Shown: piece after piece, positions 54,400 to 64,000 of the stretch | Layout of the letters: every line of letters begins with the position of its first letter | Numbering within the stretch: the first letter of the stretch is position 1 | Assembly: GCA_016191395.1 (NCBI GenBank) | Contig: JACPOS010000003.1 | Coordinates: forward strand, 107,100-171,099 | DNA length: 64,000 bases | Source of the DNA: Chloroflexota bacterium | Lineage (GTDB): Bacteria > Chloroflexota > Limnocylindria > Limnocylindrales > CSP1-4 | Direction: 5' to 3' | Program-made: the position numbers and the translations under genes | The notes under the pieces: generated by a model | What the model was told of the DNA's origin: nothing | Database searches by the model: none | The model's input: only the letters and a program-made list of their open reading frames with translations

Positions 54400-54563
54400 G
54401 ATGGCGAAGAGCGCCGCATAGGCGAGACCGCCGGCGAGGAGCCCACCGCCGGCCGCGTTGTAGCGGTCGAGGACGCGGAGACCGGCCGCGATCGCAGGGT
54501 GCCGGAGAACGTCATCCGCGCGCCGGCGCAGCCCCGCACGCCAATCGGGGGCCGGCGATTCGC

Positions 54564-54806
54564 TCAGTCCCGAAGATCCTCGAACAGGCCCGGCTGGAGG
54601 TCCGAGGCGCGCACTCGCCGTGGCGCCGCGATCAGTGCCTTGATCTCGCCGCGGCGCACGAAGCGGCGGCCGCCCAGCTTGATGCTCTGGACCTTGCCGG
54701 CGCGCGCCCAGCCGCCGATGGTGGCCGGTCTGAACCGGACGTTTGCCGCCGACAGGATGGCGGCCGCCTCCTCCAGGCTGATCCAGTCGGTCGCGGCGGG
54801 GGGCAT
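54564..54806 (-). CDS. Excisionase/MerR-type helix-turn-helix DNA-binding protein
   Basis: ATG at 54806 (MPPAATDWISLEEAAAILSA...GGWARAGKVQSIKLGGRRFVRRGEI) inside track ORF 54564..55055; 80 aa. Confidence 0.7.
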   Translation of the reverse strand: MPPAATDWISLEEAAAILSAANVRFRPATIGGWARAGKVQSIKLGGRRFVRRGEIKALIAAPRRVRASDLQPGLFEDLRD

Positions 54807-54808
54807 CG

Positions 54809-55147
54809 TCAGTCCTCGCTGCTCTTCGCGGAATCGGTCGAGCCCTTCGATGGCTCGGAAACGGAGCTCGACGGGGCCGGCCCGCCCTCGGCCGACTTGC
54901 CCTCGGACGAGCCGCGATCGCTGGTTGACGAGGCGGCGCTCGCCTTCGTCCGGGCGCTGCTGGTCGACGATCGGTCCTTCTTCGCCCAGCCGGACCCCTT
55001 GAAATGCACGGTCGGGGTGGACAGGGCCTTCCTCATCGTGCCCTCGGCGCCGCACGCCGGGCAGAACCTGGGGCCCTCGTCATGGATGCCGTGGATCACC
55101 TCCGTGAGGTGCCGGCAGTTGGAGCAGAGGTAGTCGTAGATGGGCAC
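54809..55147 (-). CDS. FmdB-family zinc-ribbon protein with Ser-rich tail
   Basis: 112-aa ORF. MPIYDYLCSNCRH...CPACG...FKGSGW matches the FmdB signature. Confidence 0.85.
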   Translation of the reverse strand: MPIYDYLCSNCRHLTEVIHGIHDEGPRFCPACGAEGTMRKALSTPTVHFKGSGWAKKDRSSTSSARTKASAASSTSDRGSSEGKSAEGGPAPSSSVSEPSKGSTDSAKSSED

Positions 55148-55160
55148 CGGGCGGTCCGCG

Positions 55161-55910
55161 TCAGGCGTGCAGCATGCGCATGCCGCACTTGGGGCAGTAC
55201 ACGGCGCGTGGGTGCACGAGCGGATAGCCGCAGTGCTGGCAGGTCACGCTGGCGCCGCCGGGGGCGGCCCCGGGCCGCTCGGCCGCGGTGAACCCGAGCG
55301 AGGCGCCGCTCTCGAGGATGCTGCCGAGCAGGAGGCCCAGCAGCCGCGTCGCGATCCGATCCGTGTCGCCGCGGGCGCCCCGACCGCCCCAGCCGACGAT
55401 GGCGCGCACGATCAGGTCGCCGGTCGCCTCGTCCCAGTGCGCGGCGACGCCGCCCACGATCGACGCGTACTCCGGATAGCCGCCCGTGTCGACGGTCCCG
55501 TCGAGCAGCGCGCAGGCGAAGGTGTCGCATGCCGGGTCGATCGCATCGAGCGACTCAAGGACCCAGAGGGCGTGCCGCGTGATCGGCAGGAGGTCGCCGT
55601 GGGCACGCAGCCACTCGGTCGCCTCAGCGGTCCGGATGATGTTCGGGGATGCGGAGGCGAGCGTGGTCGCGCGCGGCTCGACGACCTCAACGGTCGTCTT
55701 GGCGATCCCGGCCAGCATGCCGGACAGGGCCGCGAGCAGGTTCGGGCCACCCTGGAGCCGGACCCCGTTGCTCGTCTTCGCCCCGAAGTTCAGTCGAAGC
55801 TGGTGGTCCTCGGCGACCGCCTCCTCCGGCACGGCCGGCGGCGGCTCAGGGGCGACGACAGGCTGCCCCTTGGGTGCCCCACCCTTGCGTCGCAGGAATT
55901 CGAGCGGCAC
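55161..55910 (-). CDS. Hypothetical protein with C-terminal zinc ribbon
   Basis: 249-aa ORF. The C-terminus reads CQHCG...CPKCG. The remainder is unrecognised. Confidence 0.6.
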   Translation of the reverse strand: MPLEFLRRKGGAPKGQPVVAPEPPPAVPEEAVAEDHQLRLNFGAKTSNGVRLQGGPNLLAALSGMLAGIAKTTVEVVEPRATTLASASPNIIRTAEATEWLRAHGDLLPITRHALWVLESLDAIDPACDTFACALLDGTVDTGGYPEYASIVGGVAAHWDEATGDLIVRAIVGWGGRGARGDTDRIATRLLGLLLGSILESGASLGFTAAERPGAAPGGASVTCQHCGYPLVHPRAVYCPKCGMRMLHA

Positions 55911-55943
55911 GCGTCTCTCCCCGATCCACCACGGTGCGAGTGC

Positions 55944-57587
55944 TCAATCGTAGGCGATGAGCGCCTCGAGCGGCGCGAGGATCACGGGCTCCGCGAGCAG
56001 GTCGCCCGGCTTGCGGCGGTGCGTCGTGAGCGAGATTCGCCACGGACCGCCACGGGCCGGCTCGGGCAGCCGGATGGCGGCGGGCCGCGATGCGAAGTTG
56101 AGGGCGACGAACACCGATCGATCGGCGTCCCGGCGCCGGTACGCGAGGACGTCCGCGTCACCAACGTTCGCGGCCTCCTGCGATCCGCGCTGCAGCGCCT
56201 GCGACTCGCGCCGCACCCGCAGCAGCTGCCGGTAGAGCGAGAGCACCGACTCCGGGTCGCGGGCCTGGCGAGCCACGTTGCGGAACTCCAGGTCCGGCGG
56301 CAGCGGCAGCCAGGGCTGTCCGTTCGTGAAGCCACCGTCGCGCCCCGACTGCCACGGCATCGGTCCTCGCGCCTGATCCCGATTCCATGCCGGCGCGTCC
56401 GCGCTGGATCGCCTCGCCTGCGGATCGAAGGCCTCGGAATTGGGGATGGCCAGGGCGCGCAGCGCGATCTCCTCGCCGTAGTACAGGAACGGCGTGCCAC
56501 GCTGCGTGAGCAGGAACGCCGCGGCGATCTTCGCGCGCGCGTCGCCGACGCTCGCATCCGCTCCCGGGTCGTCGTACCGGCCCGCGTGGCGCGGCTGGTC
56601 GTGATTCGACAGGACGTTGGTGGGCCAGACTTCCGGGCCGAATGACGCGTCGCGCTTCCTGATTGCCTCGGCGAACGCCGCCGCGCTCCACGGCAGCCCG
56701 AGCAGCGCGAAGTCGAAGATCAGGTGGCCCGGGGCCGCGTAGCTGGCCGCCTCGGCGGCCGTCCCGTCGAAGAGCTCGCCCACGGTCATGCGCCCGGGTC
56801 GCTCATCCACGACCGCGCGCAGCTCGGCGAGCGCCCCGACGAGCTCCGGCCGATTGCGGTCGAACAGGTGGACCTGGCTCCCCCACCCGCCTCCTGCGCC
56901 GGGTCGCACCGGATTCGAGCGCAGCGCGGCGTCCTTGAAGAATGTGTTGAACACGTCGAGCCGGAAGCCGTCGACGCCGCGCGCCAGCCACGTCCGGACG
57001 ACGTCCTTGATCGCGGCCCGGACCGCGGGATTTCGCCAATTGAGATCAGGCTGCTGCGGCAGGAACGTGTGCAGATAGAACTGGCCACGGGTCTCGTCCC
57101 AGGTCCAGGCCGGGCCGCCGAAGAAGCCGCGCCAGTTGTTCGGGCGGCGCCGGCGCGCGGTTGGCGTCTGCCCCGGCGAATCGCGCCAGATGTACCAGTC
57201 AGCGAACGGCCCGTCGCGGCCGGTCCGCGACGCCCGGAACCACGGATGCCGATGGCTGCTGTGGTTCAGGACGAGGTCCAGGATGACCTTGATGCCGCGT
57301 GCGTGGCACGCCGCGACGAGCCGCTCGAAGTCGGCGAGGGTGCCGAAGCGCGGGTCGACGCCGGTGTAGTCGGCGACGTCGTAGCCGAAGTCGAAGTCCG
57401 GCGACGGGTAGATGGGTGACAGCCAGATCGCGTCGACCCCGAGCGATTCGGATGCGCCGCCGAGGTGGTCGAGGTGCGCGACGATTCCGGCGAGATCGCC
57501 GACCCCGTCCCCGTTCGAGTCCGCGAAGCTCCGGGGATAGATCTGGTAGACCACCCCGGTCCGCCACCAATCGGCCGCGGCTGCCAC
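55944..57587 (-). CDS. GH13 alpha-glucosidase / oligo-1,6-glucosidase family
   Basis: 547-aa ORF with YQIYPRSFADSNGDGVGDL, DLVLNHSS, GFRLDV and EE.. motifs of GH13 subfamily enzymes. Confidence 0.9.
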   Translation of the reverse strand: MAAAADWWRTGVVYQIYPRSFADSNGDGVGDLAGIVAHLDHLGGASESLGVDAIWLSPIYPSPDFDFGYDVADYTGVDPRFGTLADFERLVAACHARGIKVILDLVLNHSSHRHPWFRASRTGRDGPFADWYIWRDSPGQTPTARRRRPNNWRGFFGGPAWTWDETRGQFYLHTFLPQQPDLNWRNPAVRAAIKDVVRTWLARGVDGFRLDVFNTFFKDAALRSNPVRPGAGGGWGSQVHLFDRNRPELVGALAELRAVVDERPGRMTVGELFDGTAAEAASYAAPGHLIFDFALLGLPWSAAAFAEAIRKRDASFGPEVWPTNVLSNHDQPRHAGRYDDPGADASVGDARAKIAAAFLLTQRGTPFLYYGEEIALRALAIPNSEAFDPQARRSSADAPAWNRDQARGPMPWQSGRDGGFTNGQPWLPLPPDLEFRNVARQARDPESVLSLYRQLLRVRRESQALQRGSQEAANVGDADVLAYRRRDADRSVFVALNFASRPAAIRLPEPARGGPWRISLTTHRRKPGDLLAEPVILAPLEALIAYD

Positions 57588-57589
57588 GG

Positions 57590-60307
57590 CTACGCGCCCA
57601 GGCGGGCCCGAAGGCGGTCGACGGTCGCCGCGAGCTCCGCCGCGCGCGCCCTGGCACCCTCGACGATCGCGGCGGGAGCCTTCGAGACGAACGCCTCGTT
57701 CGCGAGGCGTTCACGGGCGGCCGCGAAGAACCGCTCGGCCTCCGCGAGCTCCGCCTGCAGTCGCGTCCGATCCCCCGACGCGCCCTCCGCGTTCACGCTC
57801 GCAACGATCGTCGCCTCGTAGTCGCCGGCCGGGAGCATGACCTCGATCGCACCTGCCGGGCGCGGGAGATCGTCGCGCCGACGATGCAGCGTCAGCGGTC
57901 GCGCGCGCCCCAGCCGCTCCAGCGCGGGCGCGACGGACTGGAACACCTCGAATGCGTCACCCGGGACGGAAAGGTGCGTCTCCAGCCAGGCCGAGGGCGG
58001 CACCTCGGCGGCCGCGCGCGCGTTGCGGATCGCGACCACGAGCTCGATGAGCTCCTCCATCGTGGCCTCCAGCGCGGCATCGCGCGGCGCTGCCTGTGGC
58101 CAGCGAGCGACGATGAGCAGCTCGGGGTCGTCCTTCGCGCGCGGCAGCACGGCCCACAGCGCCTCGGTCACGAACGGCATGACCGGGTGCAGCAGTCGGA
58201 GGTAGGTATCGAGCGCGTCCACCAGCGTCCACCAGGTCGCCTCGCGGTCCTCCGCCGGGAGCGACGCGTCGCCGAGCCGGACCTTGGCCAGCTCCAGGCC
58301 CCAGTCGCAGAGCTCGCTCCAGATCGCCTCGTACAGGACCCGCGCCACCTCGCCGAAGTTGTCGTCGGCGAATGCCTTGTCCACCGCGGCGACGGTCGCG
58401 GCGGCCCGCGACAGGATCCAGCGCTCCGCGGGACCCAGGCGGGACGGGTCGGGCGTCTCGCGCCGCATGGCTTGTTCCGCATCGATCGACGCGGGGCGTG
58501 CGCCGGCGACGAAGCGCGTTGCGTTCCACAGCTTGTTCGCGAAGTTGCGGGCGTCCTCCAGCTTCTCGCTCCGGAACTTCTGGTCGTTGCCGGGCGACGT
58601 CCCGTTCAGCAGCGCGAACCGGAGTGCGTCGGCGCCCGCGGTGTCGATCGCCTCGAGCGGGTCCACGACGTTGCCCTTCGTCTTGGACATCCGCTTGCCG
58701 TACGGGTCCTTCACGAGGCCGTGCAGGTACACCTTGCGGAACGGGGCGGCGTCGGTCAGGTGGAGGCCCAGCATCATCATCCGGGCGACCCAGAAGAAGA
58801 TGATGTCGTAGCCCGTCTCCATGACCGCGCCCGGGTAGTAGCGGCGGAGGTCGTCGGTCGAATCCGGCCAGCCCAGGGTCGAGAACGGCCACAGGCCGGA
58901 GCTGTACCACGTGTCGAAGATGTCCGGGTCCTGGGTGAGCTCGGCGGCGGGCCGGCCGCACACCTCGCAGGAGGACGGCCCGGCGACCTCGGACGACACC
59001 GTCGTGTGACCGTCCGGGCAGTACCACGCCGGGATCCGGTGGCCCCACCACAGCTGCCGGCTCACGTTCCAGTCATGGAGGTTGGTCAGCCAGCCCTCCC
59101 AGACCTTCTCGAAGCGCACGGGCACGATCACGGTCTCGCCGCTGCGCGTGGCCCGCAGCGCGGACTCGGCGAGGGGCGCGGTCCGGATGAACCACTGCGT
59201 CTTGAGCCTCGGCTCGATGACGTCGTTCGAGCGCTGGCAGCGCCCGATCAGCATCTCGTGCGGCTGTTCACCCTCGAGATCGCCGCGTGCCTGGAGGTCG
59301 GCCACGATGCGCGTGCGCGCCTCGTACCGGTCCAGGCCCTCGTACCCGTCGCCCGCGTCGTTGATCGTCGCGTCGTCGGCGAGCACGGTGATCATCGGGA
59401 GGTCGTGCCGCCGGCCGGTCTCGTAGTCGTCACGGTCGTGGGCGGGCGTGATCTTCACCGCCCCGGTGCCGAACGCGCGATCCACGACGTCGTCCGCGAT
59501 GATCGGGACGTCGCGCTCCACGAACGGGATCCGGACCTTTCGCCCCACGAGCGCGCGGTAGCGATCGTCGTCCGGATGGACGGCGACCGCGGTGTCGCCG
59601 AGGATCGTCTCCGGCCGCGTCGTCGCCACGGCGATCCAGGCGGCGGGATCCGGCTCGCCGGTCGCCTCGTCGATCAGGTGGTACCGAAGCGTCCACAGCG
59701 TGCCCGTCTCGGCGGTCGGGATGACCTCGAGGTCGGAGACGCTGGTCCGGCAACCCGGGCACCAGTTGATCAGGGCCTCGGTTCGATAGGCCAGGCCGTC
59801 GTCGTAGAGGCGCTTGAAGCTCACGCGCACAGCGCGCGCGGAGCCCTCGTCCATCGTGAATCGGAGCCGGCTCCAGTCGAGGCTCGCCCCGATCCGCCGC
59901 TGCTGGCCGAGCATGACCTCGCGGGTGGTGTTGATGAACTGCCACATCCGCTCGAGGTACCGCTCGCGCCCGAGCGACTCCCGTGATTCGCCCTCGGCGG
60001 CGATCAGCTTGTCGAGCACGTACTGCGCTGCGATGGAGGCGTGGTCCAGGCCCGGCAGCCACAGCGTGGGATGCCCCTGCATCCGGGCGTGGCGGATCAT
60101 CGCGTCCTCCAGCGTGGAGGTCAGCGCGTGACCCAGGTGCAGCGCGCCCGTGATGTTGGGCGGCGGCTGGATGATCACGAACGGCTCCAGGTCGGGGTTC
60201 GCGCGCGAGCCGGCGCCGTCCGGTGCGAAGACGTCCGCGGCCAGCCAGCGGTCGTAGATCGCCCCTTCCACGTCCGCCGGCACGTAGGCCTTCGACAGCT
60301 CGCTCAC
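57590..60307 (-). CDS. valS: Valine--tRNA ligase
   Basis: Track ORF 57590..60370. I place the start at GTG 60307 (VSELSKAYVPADVE), 5 nt after GGGAGG, because the upstream 63 nt belong to the T-box terminator region. PPPNITGALHLGH (HIGH) and KMSKT (KMSKS) motifs. Confidence 0.95.
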   Translation of the reverse strand: MSELSKAYVPADVEGAIYDRWLAADVFAPDGAGSRANPDLEPFVIIQPPPNITGALHLGHALTSTLEDAMIRHARMQGHPTLWLPGLDHASIAAQYVLDKLIAAEGESRESLGRERYLERMWQFINTTREVMLGQQRRIGASLDWSRLRFTMDEGSARAVRVSFKRLYDDGLAYRTEALINWCPGCRTSVSDLEVIPTAETGTLWTLRYHLIDEATGEPDPAAWIAVATTRPETILGDTAVAVHPDDDRYRALVGRKVRIPFVERDVPIIADDVVDRAFGTGAVKITPAHDRDDYETGRRHDLPMITVLADDATINDAGDGYEGLDRYEARTRIVADLQARGDLEGEQPHEMLIGRCQRSNDVIEPRLKTQWFIRTAPLAESALRATRSGETVIVPVRFEKVWEGWLTNLHDWNVSRQLWWGHRIPAWYCPDGHTTVSSEVAGPSSCEVCGRPAAELTQDPDIFDTWYSSGLWPFSTLGWPDSTDDLRRYYPGAVMETGYDIIFFWVARMMMLGLHLTDAAPFRKVYLHGLVKDPYGKRMSKTKGNVVDPLEAIDTAGADALRFALLNGTSPGNDQKFRSEKLEDARNFANKLWNATRFVAGARPASIDAEQAMRRETPDPSRLGPAERWILSRAAATVAAVDKAFADDNFGEVARVLYEAIWSELCDWGLELAKVRLGDASLPAEDREATWWTLVDALDTYLRLLHPVMPFVTEALWAVLPRAKDDPELLIVARWPQAAPRDAALEATMEELIELVVAIRNARAAAEVPPSAWLETHLSVPGDAFEVFQSVAPALERLGRARPLTLHRRRDDLPRPAGAIEVMLPAGDYEATIVASVNAEGASGDRTRLQAELAEAERFFAAARERLANEAFVSKAPAAIVEGARARAAELAATVDRLRARLGA

Positions 60308-60318
60308 CAGGACCTCCC

Positions 60319-60557
60319 GAGAATCAGAACGACCCGCTCGTCCAGCGGACGAACGGGGTCGTGGTACCACCTGCTGGTTCGGCGCCGGGGTCCGAGTCGC
60401 TCATCGCGCCGAACCTGATCCGAAGCCCTCGTGGCGCGCTATCGGGCGCCGGCCGCATGGCTCGCGAGTGACGTTCACGTCCCGTGGCCCGCGCGGCTTC
60501 CACCATCCCGCGCTCGCTCGTGGGCCCGTTCGGACGCTACTCCTCTCGGTCCTCGCC
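60319..60557 (-). promoter_or_regulatory. T-box leader (tRNA-sensing riboswitch) with GUC (Val) specifier
   Basis: Minus-strand elements, in order:
- GGCGAGGACCGAGAGGAGUAGCG, the K-turn/AGUA side of Stem I
- an AGCGA bulge
- a GGUGGAAGCC distal loop
- GAAC-GUC-A specifier loop (GUC at 60472-60470)
- T-box AGCAGGUGGUACCACG (about 60375-60360)
- a 14-15 bp terminator hairpin ACGACCCCGUUCGUC/GACGAGCGGGUCGU (60362-60329)
- UCUGAUUCUC. Confidence 0.75.
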
Positions 60558-60673
60558 GTGAGTGCCGGAGTGTACCAGCGGCATCGCCGGCCGCGGTGCT
60601 CGGCGCCATATTCGCCCGGGACATCCTGGGCGGCTGATTGGGACCGAACCGCGGGCGAGGTCCGCGGGGTGGC

Positions 60674-61174
60674 CTATGCAACCTGGGCGATCTCCTCCCG
60701 GGCGAGGAGCCAACCAACGCCCAGCGCAAGGAGCCCCAGCACCAGCACGACGACGCCGCCCTGGCCGAGCAGGATCACCCCGCCCGCGAGCGCGACGGTC
60801 GCGAGCACAGGCTCGACCCGATGGCTCGCGACCTCCCGGCCTGCCTGGACTGCTCCGGCCAGGCTGAACAGCGCGGCCAGCAGTGAGCCCACCAGCAGGA
60901 GGCCCTGTCCTCCCGGCGCGGCATTGAGCAGGATCGATCCTGCAAGGGTGAGGATCGCGGCGTCCCAGACCAGGAGCGGCGATGCGCGCCGCCAGATGCC
61001 CCAGACCACGACCCCGACCACGCCCGCAGCCGCGATCCCGAATGCGATGAGCCCCAGGCCGCCGCCGAGGCACAGGTCGCCGCCGCCGCCGCAAGGATCC
61101 GCGATGAACGACAGCCCGAACAGGCTCAGGATGATCGCAAGCGCGAGATGCAGGCCGACGAACAGCGTCGGCAT
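60674..61174 (-). CDS. Hypothetical integral membrane protein
   Basis: 166-aa ORF with five or so Gly/Ala/Leu-rich hydrophobic helices. No family recognised. Confidence 0.6.
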   Translation of the reverse strand: MPTLFVGLHLALAIILSLFGLSFIADPCGGGGDLCLGGGLGLIAFGIAAAGVVGVVVWGIWRRASPLLVWDAAILTLAGSILLNAAPGGQGLLLVGSLLAALFSLAGAVQAGREVASHRVEPVLATVALAGGVILLGQGGVVVLVLGLLALGVGWLLAREEIAQVA

Positions 61175-61177
61175 GGA

Positions 61178-62488
<1,311 letters not shown>

Positions 62489-62537
62489 CGCGTCCCCTTG
62501 CCTGCCGGCCGACGCCCCGTCCGGCGCGAGGCCGGAC

Positions 62538-63242
62538 TCAGGACTTCGACTTCTTCTCCGCCTGCTGGACCGGCGTCGGGGCTTCCGCTTCCGACGGCTC
62601 CGTCACGCTGGAGCCCTCGCCGCCGGCAAGGCCGGCATCGTGGGCCGCAGCGATCAGCGACGATCCTGCGAGGCTGTAGACCGCATCGATGATGCCATAG
62701 TCCTTGGCCTCATCGGGGCTCATGAACCGGTCGCGCTCCGTGTCCTGGATGATCTTCTCGATCGGCTGGCCTGTGTGTCGCGCGAGAATCTGGTGGTTCA
62801 GGGCAACGAGCGTCTCCCACTCCTTCATCTGGATGATCGCGTCGACGGGTGCGCCGCGGAACCCGCCGGAGCCCTGGTGGATCATGATCCGGCTGTTCGG
62901 CAGGCCGTAGCGCTTGCCTCGAGCGCCGGCTGCGAGCAGCACCGACGCCATCGACGCCGCCTGCCCGATGCAGATCGTGCTGACCGGTGCGCGCAGGTAC
63001 TGCATCGTGTCGTAGATCGCCAGCCCCGCGGTGACGACGCCGCCCGGCGAGTTGATGTACAGGCTGATGTCCTTCTCCGGGTCCTCGGACTCCAGGAACA
63101 GGAGCTGGGCGATGATCAGGTTCGCGAGATGATCCTCGATCACGTCGCCCAGAAAGATGATCCGCTCCTTCAGCAGCCGCGAGTAGATGTCGTACGCGCG
63201 CTCGCCGCGGCTGGAGGACTCGATGACCATGGGCACGAGCAT
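62538..63242 (-). CDS. clpP: ATP-dependent Clp protease proteolytic subunit ClpP (with ~40-aa C-terminal extension)
   Basis: ATG ([24 protein letters not shown]) at codon 112 of track ORF 62538..63575. The catalytic GQAASMAS and HQ regions are present. Confidence 0.95.
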   Translation of the reverse strand: MLVPMVIESSSRGERAYDIYSRLLKERIIFLGDVIEDHLANLIIAQLLFLESEDPEKDISLYINSPGGVVTAGLAIYDTMQYLRAPVSTICIGQAASMASVLLAAGARGKRYGLPNSRIMIHQGSGGFRGAPVDAIIQMKEWETLVALNHQILARHTGQPIEKIIQDTERDRFMSPDEAKDYGIIDAVYSLAGSSLIAAAHDAGLAGGEGSSVTEPSEAEAPTPVQQAEKKSKS

Positions 63243-63267
63243 GTGGGCGATCTCCTGTTCGGGCGGC

Positions 63268-64000
63268 TCAGCCGGCGCTGCCGGCGGGGGTGAGGAGGGC
63301 TGATTCGGGCTCGTCGTCGCCCTGCTCCGACATGGCACCTGGCTCGTCGTCCTCGAGGTGCGGCAGCGGCGGGTGCTCGGGGTGGGCGGCGAGCCATTCG
63401 TCGACGAGCTTCTCCACGAGGCGGCTGCGCCGGAGCGTGCTGCGGATGAAGCTGCGGCCCCGATCCGATTCGAAGTAGGCCATCGTCTTCCGGTCGCTGC
63501 CGTAACGCTCGCGGGCGCGGGCGACCTCTGCGTCGACGTCCCGGTCCGCGATCTCCAGGCCTTCCGCCTCGGCAACCTTGGAGAGCACGAGCAGCACCTT
63601 CACCCGCTTCTCGGCGCGGGGCTTGAAGTCCGCGTGCAGGTCTGACTCGGTCTTGCCGGTCACCTTCCGGTAGGAGGCCTCGTCGATCCCCTGGCGGGCC
63701 AGGGAGCCGCGCAGCTCGTCGTGCATGATCTCGACCTCCTGGTCGACCAGCACGTCCGGCAGCTCCACGGTGGCGTTCGCGGTCGCGTACTCGATGATCC
63801 TGTCGGCGAACTCGTGGCGCGCCTTGTCGAGCGCGTTGCGCTCCAGGCGCGCCTTGATCTCGACCTTCAGCGCCTTGAGGTCGTCGAAGCTGCCGAGGGA
63901 GCGCGCGAAGTCATCGTCCTCGGCCGGCAGGATCTTCTCGCGCAGCTCGCGGAGCTCCACCTCGAACCGGGCGGGCTTGCCCGCGAGCTCCGCCTCGGGA
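63268..64000 (-). CDS. tig: Trigger factor, C-terminal part (5' end beyond the window)
   Basis: The reading frame of track ORF 63268..63960 stays open to the window end (…[29 protein letters not shown]…). It has trigger-factor C-terminal domain character and sits in the canonical tig-clpP-clpX order. Confidence 0.85.
   Translation of the reverse strand, partial: PEAELAGKPARFEVELRELREKILPAEDDDFARSLGSFDDLKALKVEIKARLERNALDKARHEFADRIIEYATANATVELPDVLVDQEVEIMHDELRGSLARQGIDEASYRKVTGKTESDLHADFKPRAEKRVKVLLVLSKVAEAEGLEIADRDVDAEVARARERYGSDRKTMAYFESDRGRSFIRSTLRRSRLVEKLVDEWLAAHPEHPPLPHLEDDEPGAMSEQGDDEPESALLTPAGSAG

Noticed and set aside
60324-60729. Short ORFs in the valS upstream gap (60324-60506 minus, 60431-60637 plus, 60475-60729 minus, and others).
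   Set aside because: They overlap the structured T-box leader, have Arg/Pro/Gly-rich products and lack ribosome-binding sites.

Overview
A 64-kb stretch of a roughly 70% GC bacterial chromosome. The gene content looks Terrabacteria-like (Chloroflexota or Actinomycetota style), but I cannot place it more precisely. It is densely packed: I support about 62 CDS, one tRNA-Met and a few cis-elements, and almost everything is housekeeping. From left to right:

- **1-16.3 kb (all minus strand):** comM (partial), a REC-ParA/MinD (CpaE/TadZ-like) protein, the nfeD-stomatin pair, Nudix, tyrA, a basic zinc-ribbon protein, thpR, ppa and an SDR epimerase. Next comes a compositionally foreign 3-gene cassette, an orphan DnaB-C-terminal-domain ATPase, an M20 peptidase, ftsH, tRNA-Met, a beta-carbonic anhydrase and an FtsB-like protein.
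- **16.5-34 kb:** an mrfA/mrfB-like helicase-exonuclease pair, a PfkB kinase, ychF, a 2-hydroxyacid dehydrogenase, a DUF2342 metalloprotease, murI, a second REC-like-ParA/MinD protein, a methyltransferase, an agmatinase-family enzyme, a HAD hydrolase and a UvrD-Cas4-type nuclease fusion.
- **34-47 kb:** DUF4446, an HD protein, rarA, a cadherin-like surface protein, a class-V aminotransferase with serA, a histidine phosphatase, and the moxR-DUF58-transglutaminase operon.
- **47-64 kb:** an fhaA-fhaB-rodA-pbpA cluster without kinase or phosphatase, several zinc-ribbon proteins, YihY, a GH13 glucosidase, valS, and clpX-clpP-tig (tig partial).

There are no CRISPR arrays, integrases, transposases, rRNA genes or recognisable defence systems. 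The best cis-regulatory finds are a T-box leader with a GUC (Val) specifier upstream of valS and a near-consensus LexA (Cheo) box upstream of the mrfA-like gene.

I did not find a convincing new multi-gene system. The best candidate is the low-GC3 cassette of three exported or membrane proteins with no recognisable domains (8158-10398), lying directly downstream of the N-terminally truncated DnaB-like ATPase (10435-11523). Its function is unknown and any proposal about it is inference.

Many long ORFs in the track are antisense shadow ORFs typical of high-GC DNA, and I rejected them. All internal start coordinates come from arithmetic on the ORF track plus reading the sequence by eye.
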